From a virus (Duplodnaviria; Heunggongvirae; Uroviricota; Caudoviricetes): a DNA stretch of 64,000 bases. The notes under the pieces were generated by a model. The model was not told the origin of the DNA. It did not search any database and was given only the letters and a program-made list of their open reading frames with translations. The stretch's first letter is position 1. Each line of letters opens with the position of its first letter. The stretch lies in IMG/VR virus record IMGVR_UViG_3300031760_000006, positions 91,127-155,126 of that record, one strand, 5' to 3'. The position numbers and the translations under genes were made by a program. Of this stretch, positions 1 through 7,523 are shown piece by piece.

Positions 1-58
1 CAGAATTCGCACATGTCACAACAAGTTGGCATGTTAAGTCCTTTTACAATAAATGCCA

Positions 59-376
59 TTATTCTTCCTCCTGTTCTAAAACCGTTGGTGCGTGTTCAAT
101 ATCGATTATCGGTATAGCAATATCTCCATTTGGCAAATGATAATATTTACTTTTCATTCTATCCGTTAATAACCTATCCGCATCAATCATTCTCCCGTGT
201 GGTGGCAATTCGATGAGTGGACACCAACCATTTATTTTTTTGGGATTTAAAACATCCCTCTTTGTTAGTCCGCAAAAACAATCACCCGGGTCTCCGTTCC
301 ATGTTTTGTAGCAAACATAAGCCATGCATTCTTCACAGCTCTTAGGCATCTCCATGCCTTTAACTATCACACTCAT
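59..376 (-). CDS. small Cys-rich protein, first member of the tandem paralog array. It has an internal RMIDADRLL segment and an acidic EEE tail.
   Basis: ORF of 105 aa. The RMIDADRLL segment and the C-terminal EEE match the neighbouring paralogs. The stop overlaps the next gene. Confidence 0.4.
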   Translation of the reverse strand: MSVIVKGMEMPKSCEECMAYVCYKTWNGDPGDCFCGLTKRDVLNPKKINGWCPLIELPPHGRMIDADRLLTDRMKSKYYHLPNGDIAIPIIDIEHAPTVLEQEEE

Positions 377-557
377 TCTCTATTCTCCTATTCCAAATCT
401 TTACAATCTGTTCCATTTTTGCAGTTGGTGTACTCACACCGCATCCTAGACAAGTTATGTACCACTTAGGAAAATCATAAAGTTTTTTTGAAAATCTCTC
501 GTCCTCATACACATGAGCCGCACATCCACAAAATGGACATGGCTTTAATTTATTCAT
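360..557 (-). CDS. zinc-ribbon protein, possibly Lar-family restriction-alleviation-like
   Basis: 65 aa. An N-terminal KPCPFCG motif plus CLGCG resemble the small Lar-family zinc-ribbon proteins. Recalled from memory, not searched. Confidence 0.35.
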   Translation of the reverse strand: MNKLKPCPFCGCAAHVYEDERFSKKLYDFPKWYITCLGCGVSTPTAKMEQIVKIWNRRIENECDS

Positions 558-880
558 TCCCTATTGCCCCGTTCAGCATCTTCAATAGAACTAATTTCAA
601 TGTAACGAATCTCATCAAGATTATAAAAACCTATCCACTGTTTTTCAAAAATTACTACAAAGTATTTACCATCATACCGATAGTCAGTGTACTCGTCTGG
701 TGCATAGTGACAAACTTCTCCGTTTTTAAAATCAATTGTTATCCATTTTTCTTCGCTCATATCTTTCTCCTTATTTGTTGTAATTGTTGGCTGTCTTTCT
801 ATGAATTCTAGGATGTCATCGCAATAATCCATTGAGCGAATAATGTCCATCCATAAAGCATTAGCATCAATCAATCTCAT
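554..880 (-). CDS. hypothetical protein, MRLIDA-type paralog
   Basis: 108 aa. The N-terminus MRLIDANALWMDI is shared with the ORFs at 1398..1655 and 2716..3030. Confidence 0.4.
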   Translation of the reverse strand: MRLIDANALWMDIIRSMDYCDDILEFIERQPTITTNKEKDMSEEKWITIDFKNGEVCHYAPDEYTDYRYDGKYFVVIFEKQWIGFYNLDEIRYIEISSIEDAERGNRE

Positions 881-950
881 ATTTTTCTCACCTCAACTGC
901 AAATTTATCAAATACTTCTTGTAAGGCATCTGCTCTTCCATCTTCTTTTC

Positions 951-1109
951 CTATTGAATAACCAACATCATAACCTTTTTCCAAATATCTTCGTAATCCT
1001 CAGATGGTAAATTTTTCAAAATGTCTGCGTACCAACTTGGATAATGTGCTTCAGGTGGTTCGCTCATGATTGTATCAATAGTTTTCTTCTTGTTAATTAA
1101 CTTACTCAT
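951..1109 (-). CDS. small hypothetical protein, start trimmed to an internal Met
   Basis: The track ORF 951..1202 overlaps 1106..1420 by 97 nt. The internal start MSKLINKK gives a 4-nt ATGA overlap, as in the rest of the array. Confidence 0.25.
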   Translation of the reverse strand: MSKLINKKKTIDTIMSEPPEAHYPSWYADILKNLPSEDYEDIWKKVMMLVIQ

Positions 1110-1420
1110 AATACACCTTCTCTCATATCTGCTCCGCAGTTCCAACAAAAACTTGCCTTTACTCCTATAGCTGTTGTCATATGCTTGCCACATTCGGAAC
1201 ATATATGCGTTACCGCTCCATCATACTCATCACAATATATCCAATGTCCTTTCTTACGTTCTGGTTCAATTTCTTGCAATGGACAATTAGCATACTGTTC
1301 TTCCCAATCCCATGAAGTATCAATCTCTTGTATTAACACACAATCGTCATCGCCATTACACATGGGGCAATGTAAGCAATGATTCGGCTTTTCCATATCA
1401 ATCTGTATCATTCTGTTCAC
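1106..1420 (-). CDS. zinc-ribbon paralog with EPERKKGHWI and CWNCGADMREG motifs
   Basis: 104 aa. Contains CxxC...CxxC, and the C-terminal GADMREG motif is shared with four neighbours. Confidence 0.45.
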   Translation of the reverse strand: MNRMIQIDMEKPNHCLHCPMCNGDDDCVLIQEIDTSWDWEEQYANCPLQEIEPERKKGHWIYCDEYDGAVTHICSECGKHMTTAIGVKASFCWNCGADMREGVL

Positions 1421-1655
1421 CTCTCATATCCGCACCGCAGTTGGGGCAGAAGTCATACAAGTCAATCGCCTGCTCCATACAGACAGAACAGTAATTCCAT
1501 GCTCCATCTATACCATCACTCTTATCTATCCACTTCCCCTTCTTGCGTTCAGGCTCAATGGTGGGTTGTATTTCCACCCAATGCTGAAACTTTCCATCAC
1601 TCAAATGGTAATGTTCAATATCGTTCATGAGTTTATCCGCATCAATCAATCTCAT
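1398..1655 (-). CDS. zinc-ribbon paralog with MRLIDADKL N-terminus, EPERKKGKWI and CPNCGADMRGE
   Basis: 85 aa. Shares both the N-terminal and C-terminal modules of the family. Confidence 0.45.
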   Translation of the reverse strand: MRLIDADKLMNDIEHYHLSDGKFQHWVEIQPTIEPERKKGKWIDKSDGIDGAWNYCSVCMEQAIDLYDFCPNCGADMRGEQNDTD

Positions 1656-2071
1656 TCCTCTTCACCTTCTTCCTGATATGGTGATGGGAGTGGTTGCCAT
1701 GCGAGGACTTCTCTACTACAGTTTACTCTTTGGTTATCATATGAAAGCAACCATGTTCCATAAAAATAGCATCCTTGCTCTACTATTATTGTTTCACTGC
1801 GATTCGTTTTGCTTTGTTGCTTTACCGTGCATAAAACTTCAACATTATCTTCTTCAGGCAACCTCTCACTACATGGAATCCAACCGCTCGGAGATTCCGA
1901 AGAGTTATCTGTTGCCCTGATATGGTTTACCATAATAGCAACTACGGCATCGAGATCAACAAGCACCATATCGTCACCTTCAAACAGCTTGTATGTCTGT
2001 AATCTTTTAATTTCGTCAATCATGTCTTGGATATCATCAAAATCTGCTTTTACTGGAATTTCAAGTTTCAT
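1652..2071 (-). CDS. hypothetical protein in the paralog array, acidic EEE tail
   Basis: 139 aa. Translationally coupled, with 4-nt overlaps on both sides. Confidence 0.4.
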   Translation of the reverse strand: MKLEIPVKADFDDIQDMIDEIKRLQTYKLFEGDDMVLVDLDAVVAIMVNHIRATDNSSESPSGWIPCSERLPEEDNVEVLCTVKQQSKTNRSETIIVEQGCYFYGTWLLSYDNQRVNCSREVLAWQPLPSPYQEEGEEE

Positions 2072-2337
2072 TCTTCTTCACCTTCTCTCATGTCCGCTCC
2101 GCAATGTGAACAGAAATTTTGACCTTGATAATATCTCCATTCTCCACACTTGTCACATTCAAAATGTTGCCCTCGATTGTCGTTTATAAGAATCCACTTC
2201 CCCTTCTTCCGTTCAGGTTCTATTTGTTCAGAAAGATAGCGATACTCGCACTTTTCATATTTTTCCGTTCTTGTACAGTTGCCATCAAACTGAAAACGAC
2301 AATAATGAAATCCGCATTGTGGCAAGTCAATCCTCAT
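2068..2337 (-). CDS. zinc-ribbon paralog with EPERKKGKWI and CSHCGADMREGEEE
   Basis: 89 aa. Carries the family motifs. Confidence 0.45.
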   Translation of the reverse strand: MRIDLPQCGFHYCRFQFDGNCTRTEKYEKCEYRYLSEQIEPERKKGKWILINDNRGQHFECDKCGEWRYYQGQNFCSHCGADMREGEEE

Positions 2338-2723
2338 TCATCTTCACCTTCTCTCATATCCGCTCCGGTGTATGACACCATCTTTGAATCACAGAAAGGA
2401 CAAGTTTTGAAATCCTCTATAAAATCAATGTTGTCCAAGCCGTAAAAATCATAATACCAAGGAATGAAACCGCCACACTCTGAACAGTACCATCCATCTT
2501 GTCCTGACTTTTCTCCGTATATCCACTTCCCCTTCTTCCGTCCCTCTTTCCTCCCTCTCTCATAAGCTATCTTCCACAGCTTGTCTGAGAAGGTGGAGAG
2601 GTCAGTGGATGCGGATGGCAAATCATTAATCCACACTTCAACGTCTTCCGTATCCCATATCTGTAACTGGCTTTTACTGTGAAGGTCATCAATAGCATAA
2701 TCTCTATCAATCAAATCACTCAT
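2334..2723 (-). CDS. paralog with EGRKKGKWI and GADMREGEDE; start moved to MSDLIDRDYAIDDL
   Basis: The track ORF 2334..2819 overlaps the next gene by 104 nt. The internal Met gives the family-typical N-terminus and an 8-nt overlap. Confidence 0.4.
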   Translation of the reverse strand: MSDLIDRDYAIDDLHSKSQLQIWDTEDVEVWINDLPSASTDLSTFSDKLWKIAYERGRKEGRKKGKWIYGEKSGQDGWYCSECGGFIPWYYDFYGLDNIDFIEDFKTCPFCDSKMVSYTGADMREGEDE

Positions 2724-3030
2724 CTGTTCTCCTTTTTGCCCTACTACAAAAATCATTCGGATATTGATACCTTCCATACCATTCTGCCATGTTGCAATAT
2801 CCATCAATAACACCTGCATATGACCTATAGTGCTTGCAATCCTTGCATCGGATGATTTCAGGTTCTGTGTATGGCAGTTGTTCTAGACCTTCGTATACAT
2901 CATCAACCACGAATACTTCATTCTTCGGAAATGTTTTATCTGTATCACAAAGTGTCAACTCTGTTGAAGTATATCTATCCAATGTATTCAACATTCTGAT
3001 GACCGCATTTATATCAATCAGTCTGCTCAT
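2716..3030 (-). CDS. Cys-rich paralog with MSRLIDINAV N-terminus and LPYTEPEIIRCKDCKHY motif
   Basis: 104 aa. The CKDCKH motif is shared with 3298..3672 and 3703..3972. Confidence 0.4.
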   Translation of the reverse strand: MSRLIDINAVIRMLNTLDRYTSTELTLCDTDKTFPKNEVFVVDDVYEGLEQLPYTEPEIIRCKDCKHYRSYAGVIDGYCNMAEWYGRYQYPNDFCSRAKRRTDE

Positions 3031-3301
3031 CCGCTATCCTTTCCCATTCATGGCAAAAACCCTCTTCGTCTGTTTCACCGTCCCAATTAAGGCAGTGCCA
3101 ATACGTTTCACTTCTGCCGTATTTGTCCAAATTGATATGACATCGACTCCATTTGCATTCTCTACAATAATGTCGCTCTAGCTCTGCGGATGGTACACTA
3201 TATAAAATATCCTCCGCAATTCCATCACCAAGGCTTTCACCTCTTACGATTGTATTTGCAATTGCGTCTATCGCATCCTGTTTATAGATCAATTCACTCA
3301 T
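3014..3301 (-). CDS. Cys/His-rich paralog with MSELIYKQDAIDAI N-terminus
   Basis: 95 aa. The N-terminal module is shared with 3298..3672 and 3703..3972. Confidence 0.4.
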   Translation of the reverse strand: MSELIYKQDAIDAIANTIVRGESLGDGIAEDILYSVPSAELERHYCRECKWSRCHINLDKYGRSETYWHCLNWDGETDEEGFCHEWERIADEQTD

Positions 3302-3672
3302 TCTTCTTTACCTCTCGATTCTACACAATGACAAAATCCTTCATCTGTCGTCCAATCGTGAATGATGTTGTTTGTATCAAAATAACCATCACCTTCATCA
3401 ATCTCTATCCATTCTTCGTAGTACATGGGGCAATCATTACTCTCTCTGTGCTTGCAGTTTTTACAATGGATAATTTTTGGTTCTGCGGATGGCAGAGTAG
3501 ATAATACATAGTGTTCGGGACACATGATTACCTGCTCATCTTGTGGAGCGTTGTAAACGAATTCGCTTTTATCACAATCATTTCCACAAACAGAACATAT
3601 TGCATCTATCGCATTCTGTCTATAAATCAAATCACCCATTCTGTTCACCTCTCTCCGTTTGGGCAAAACCAT
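3298..3672 (-). CDS. Cys-rich paralog with LIYRQNAIDAI and LPSAEPKIIHCKNCKH motifs
   Basis: 124 aa. Carries family motifs. Confidence 0.4.
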   Translation of the reverse strand: MVLPKRREVNRMGDLIYRQNAIDAICSVCGNDCDKSEFVYNAPQDEQVIMCPEHYVLSTLPSAEPKIIHCKNCKHRESNDCPMYYEEWIEIDEGDGYFDTNNIIHDWTTDEGFCHCVESRGKEE

Positions 3673-3702
3673 CCATAGCCGTGATATTCTGGTGGTATAT
3701 TA

Positions 3703-3972
3703 CTATCTACAACATTCAATGTTTCCACTGACCTTCCTTCCCCACTTGCAGTCCTTGCATCTTACAATTTCTGGCTGTGCGGATGGTAGATTCGCTAACG
3801 CAATCCTAATCTCCTTATTGCACTTTAGTATTGCGTCTACTTCAAGAATATCATTGTATACTTCGTCTTCCGTTTCGGGGTCGTAATGACTATCGCAGCC
3901 ACTCATGATTGCATCACATACTTCCTTAACTAAATCAATCGCATCCTGTTTATAAATCAATTCACTCATCAT
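3703..3972 (-). CDS. Cys-rich paralog with MMSELIYKQDAIDLV and LPSAQPEIVRCKDCKWG motifs
   Basis: 89 aa. Carries family motifs. Confidence 0.4.
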   Translation of the reverse strand: MMSELIYKQDAIDLVKEVCDAIMSGCDSHYDPETEDEVYNDILEVDAILKCNKEIRIALANLPSAQPEIVRCKDCKWGRKVSGNIECCR

Positions 3973-4252
3973 TCTTCACCCACGGCATATACTCAGCCAG
4001 CCTTGACACAAACCCCATAAGAGTCTCTCTCTGCTCGTCAGTGCAATCTAGTAAACAGTCAATATAACTTGCCATACGAATAAATTCTCTCTTTAAGCTT
4101 AGACAATTTTCAATAGATGCAGCAGATAAAGCATCCATCACCGTTTCCGCAATTTTATAAGCTTTTGTTAGAGACATATCTTCTATTTCCATGAACAATT
4201 CTTCGCCCATTATTTCTATAGCGGTCTTATCCTTATCAATCAAAATCTTCAT
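3962..4252 (-). CDS. hypothetical protein
   Basis: 96-aa ORF in the operon context. Confidence 0.35.
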   Translation of the reverse strand: MKILIDKDKTAIEIMGEELFMEIEDMSLTKAYKIAETVMDALSAASIENCLSLKREFIRMASYIDCLLDCTDEQRETLMGFVSRLAEYMPWVKNDE

Positions 4253-4262
4253 ATGTACCTCA

Positions 4263-4469
4263 CTATTTATATTCGATTCTGTTATTTATCCAATTCTTAG
4301 AATTATTATTTCTCCAAGTTTTCTTCTTTTTATATCTAATACAATCCCAACCACCAAAAAAAGGATGGGTAATTAAATAGCCGAATTCAGAACAGACATA
4401 TCTGACAAATCCTTCTTTTAATAATTTTGTGTCTGTTGTACAGTTTTGACATGATGAACAGTGTTTCAT
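4263..4469 (-). CDS. small Cys-rich (zinc-ribbon-like) protein
   Basis: 68 aa. Contains CSSCQNC and several further Cys residues. Confidence 0.3.
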   Translation of the reverse strand: MKHCSSCQNCTTDTKLLKEGFVRYVCSEFGYLITHPFFGGWDCIRYKKKKTWRNNNSKNWINNRIEYK

Positions 4470-4966
4470 ATTTTCTCCTCTTTAAAATCGTAATAAACAA
4501 TCGGCTTCCCAATTTTTCGGGCATAATTAACAGTTAACCATGTACCGCCAACTTCTACTCCATCCCATACGGCAAGAAGTAAATCGCAGTTATCTACCAT
4601 GTACTTATCTCTGAACCAGTAAACTCTTTTGCCAGTATATGCTTCTGAGATAAATTTGATGTCTTTTGCTTTGCTAAGTATTTTTTGTTCTTCTTGATGA
4701 AAAAAGTTTTTTCTGTATGGATAACAGCAAATTAAAGGAATGTCTTTTTCAACGGCTACTTGTGCAAAAATTTGGTCAGCACCTTGTGCCATGCCCGAAA
4801 TGGCTTCTGTACATTTGTGCTTGTCGAGTTGTAAAGATAACCACTGTTTGATGTTTTCTTGTTGGTTTTTTAATCGGTTGGGTCTGTGACCTGTCACTGC
4901 TATTTTCATATATTCTCCTCTTTTATTTAACAAGACTATAAAACGTAAGTCTTTTACCATCTCCAA
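4466..4966 (-). CDS. SLOG-superfamily YpsA-like protein (DUF1273-like)
   Basis: The N-terminal region MKIAVTGHRPNRL...GMAQGADQIFAQVA...LLLAVWDG matches the YpsA/DUF1273 pattern (TG.KP, GxxxGAD/E, LLLxYD). Recalled from memory. Confidence 0.45.
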   Translation of the reverse strand: MEMVKDLRFIVLLNKRGEYMKIAVTGHRPNRLKNQQENIKQWLSLQLDKHKCTEAISGMAQGADQIFAQVAVEKDIPLICCYPYRKNFFHQEEQKILSKAKDIKFISEAYTGKRVYWFRDKYMVDNCDLLLAVWDGVEVGGTWLTVNYARKIGKPIVYYDFKEEKI

Positions 4967-5129
4967 TTTTTCTCATTTCACTTTTAATATCATACCCTTT
5001 TTCTCTTAAAACAAAAATTTGTGCAGCTAATCTGGTACAATCAAGATATTTAAATGCTTCAACACTTGAGATAGTATCATGGGTTTTCATGTATTCAAGA
5101 ACTCTTTCAATCTGTGTAGCTTTTTTCAT
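4923..5129 (-). CDS. small winged-helix/HTH DNA-binding protein
   Basis: 68 aa with a helix-turn-helix-like core. It sits directly downstream of a consensus promoter. Confidence 0.35.
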   Translation of the reverse strand: MKKATQIERVLEYMKTHDTISSVEAFKYLDCTRLAAQIFVLREKGYDIKSEMRKIGDGKRLTFYSLVK

Positions 5130-5206
5130 ATTATTTCTCCTTTACATTTTAATTTAATTAATTATAACAAACAAAAAATATTTCCCGGACTCAAACCTCA
5201 TTAGGC

Positions 5207-5235
5207 ATTATACCACATTAAATTAAATTTGTCAA
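5207..5235 (-). promoter_or_regulatory. sigma70-type promoter TTGACA-17-TATAAT with TG-extended -10
   Basis: The minus strand reads TTGACAaatttaatttaatgtggTATAAT, upstream of the gene at 4923..5129. Confidence 0.6.
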
Positions 5236-5243
5236 TACCTTGC

Positions 5244-7523
5244 TTAAAACGATAGAACAGGATGTGCAACCTCATGTAGACATTCGATTAGATGCGTTTG
5301 CTTTTGAGTAACACCTTCTTGAGCGACTGCGTATCTAAAAGCACCAGTTTGTGCAATGACATGACAATATTCTTTTGCTCTTGTGATACCAGTATAAAGC
5401 AGCTCTCTTGTTAACAAAGCATAAGAACCAAAATCGAGAGCAAAAATGACTCTCTTGCATTCAGAACCTTGAAATTTATGAACGGTAATCGCATATCCTA
5501 ATTCAATACTACCCCAATATTTCTTTTCAACATAAACAGTTCCAATTCCTAAGAAATCAATAATCATATATTCTTTATCTTCTATCCATTTATATTGCCT
5601 TAAGATACCAATATTACCATTATAAATAGGTGGAGAAGTCTTATAGTTATTATTAATGTTCATTACTTTGTCGCCTTCTCTAAGAATATAAGAGCCATTA
5701 ATACCTTTTAGCACTTCTTCTCTTTTACCGTTTTTAGCAGGGTTATACAATTCTTGCAAGGCATTATTTAAATCATAACACGATGCTTGATTACCTTTTT
5801 TACGAGGAGATAAAACCTGTACATTCATAATATTAAAATCAGGTTTTTCTAACTCTTTTTTGAATGCTTCAACAACTTTATGATAGGTATTAGAAGCATC
5901 AGAAAAACATGAATATTTTACATCTTTTAATTCTCCTCTAACAACATCTCCTGCCCATCCTTTATTAATTATTTGTTGACCATGACGAATTGCTATAGAA
6001 TCAGTTACAATCGCACTCTTCTTGGCTTGTCTATGAATTTGTGTTAATTTAACCACTGGTATTTCACCCGAATGAATCATATCATAAGCAACATTGCAAG
6101 TGCCTATACTTTCTAACTGACCAATATCTCCTAAACAAATTATTTTACTACCACTAGGAATCGCTCTAAGCAAATTATAAAATAGCTGTCCATCTACCAT
6201 TGAAATCTCATCCAAGATATAAATCTCATATGGTAATTGTCTTTCATCATGATAATAAAACATACCTTTGTCAGGTGTCCCTACAGGATATCTTAATAAC
6301 CTATGAATTGTGTATCCTTCTTGACCTGTAATTTCACTTAGTCGTGAAGCAGCTCTACCAGATAAAGCACACTGAACGAAAGAATATCTTTTTAATACTG
6401 CAATCATTGCTGAAACAACTGTACTTTTACCCACACCAGCAAGTCCATGAATCACTACTACATTGTTATCCAATGTAGATTTGATACCCATTTTTTGTTC
6501 GTCTGTATAATCCCATCCCTGTCTACTTTCTAATCTTTTGATTGTTTCCTTCCAATCACTAGGAGAAAGCACTTCTGACTCGGCATCACGAATACGAATT
6601 AGTTCCTTTGCTATTTTTTCTTCAATAACTCTATAACGCTTTAAGCCAATTCTTTCTGTTTTAGAATCTATCCATAGTCTTTCTTTAATATAATTTAATG
6701 CATTAGTGATATTCTCATCCGGGATTTCTTCTCCCAACGTATCTAAAATTGCTCCTAAGAGTTCATCATTAGTAATCCAAGAACATCCGTTTTCTGCACG
6801 AACTCTTAAGTAATAAAGAATATAAGCAGATACTCTTATTTCTCCATATTTTTCTATTCCACTGGATAAAGCAACTTCATCCGCTCTATTCCAACCAATA
6901 CCATTTATATCATTACATAATACATACGGATTATCTTTTACTTTTTCGACTACAAGCAATGGATTCTTGTATCTCTCCATAAGTCGCTCTACCATTCGAT
7001 TTGTTAAATTAAATTCACTTAATTCAGTAAAGATAACTATCAAATCTTTTTTACTATTAAAACGGTCAATCCAATTTGTTGCGGTTTTTATGCCGCATCC
7101 TTTTATTTGTACTAAACTACCTACGTCACCTTTTTCAAGTAAATCAAATGGATCGGGGTATGCGTCATACATTGTTTCAACTTGTCGAACCGTAAATAGC
7201 GATTCTAAAAATTTTCTTTTGCTGATATCATCATTTAAATTGTAGGCAGGATATGAGGAAATCAAATTGTATTGGTCTCCCCATTTCCTGTCTTCAACAT
7301 GATAAGCTTTAATCTTTATCATATCTCCTACTTTAGGTTCAGGCATTTCTCCCTTAATAACCGCACGATTATTATAATCAGTAATTACTTCTCCTTCAGT
7401 TATGTTGTGAGGAGTTACTACTAAAATTCCCCAACCATCTCTATAAAAACGAACGATATCAATTTCACAAGTCATTTTAATGATGTCTTCATCTATATCG
7501 TTATTTATTCTTGAATCTATCAT
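5244..7523 (-). CDS. SF1 RecD/Pif1-like DNA helicase
   Basis: Walker A motif GLAGVGKST, a DExx-like ILDEISMV, and the C-terminal AITVHKFQGSE motif typical of the RecD/TraA family. Confidence 0.75.
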   Translation of the reverse strand: MIDSRINNDIDEDIIKMTCEIDIVRFYRDGWGILVVTPHNITEGEVITDYNNRAVIKGEMPEPKVGDMIKIKAYHVEDRKWGDQYNLISSYPAYNLNDDISKRKFLESLFTVRQVETMYDAYPDPFDLLEKGDVGSLVQIKGCGIKTATNWIDRFNSKKDLIVIFTELSEFNLTNRMVERLMERYKNPLLVVEKVKDNPYVLCNDINGIGWNRADEVALSSGIEKYGEIRVSAYILYYLRVRAENGCSWITNDELLGAILDTLGEEIPDENITNALNYIKERLWIDSKTERIGLKRYRVIEEKIAKELIRIRDAESEVLSPSDWKETIKRLESRQGWDYTDEQKMGIKSTLDNNVVVIHGLAGVGKSTVVSAMIAVLKRYSFVQCALSGRAASRLSEITGQEGYTIHRLLRYPVGTPDKGMFYYHDERQLPYEIYILDEISMVDGQLFYNLLRAIPSGSKIICLGDIGQLESIGTCNVAYDMIHSGEIPVVKLTQIHRQAKKSAIVTDSIAIRHGQQIINKGWAGDVVRGELKDVKYSCFSDASNTYHKVVEAFKKELEKPDFNIMNVQVLSPRKKGNQASCYDLNNALQELYNPAKNGKREEVLKGINGSYILREGDKVMNINNNYKTSPPIYNGNIGILRQYKWIEDKEYMIIDFLGIGTVYVEKKYWGSIELGYAITVHKFQGSECKRVIFALDFGSYALLTRELLYTGITRAKEYCHVIAQTGAFRYAVAQEGVTQKQTHLIECLHEVAHPVLSF

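Noticed and set aside
1100-2600. The repeated 20–30 bp nucleotide blocks in the small-ORF array could be DGR template/variable repeat pairs belonging to the RT at 36.6 kb.
   Set aside because: The copies differ at all four bases rather than at adenine-templated positions. Each lies in a separate paralogous gene. No C-type-lectin-like target gene is present. They are better explained as paralog duplication.
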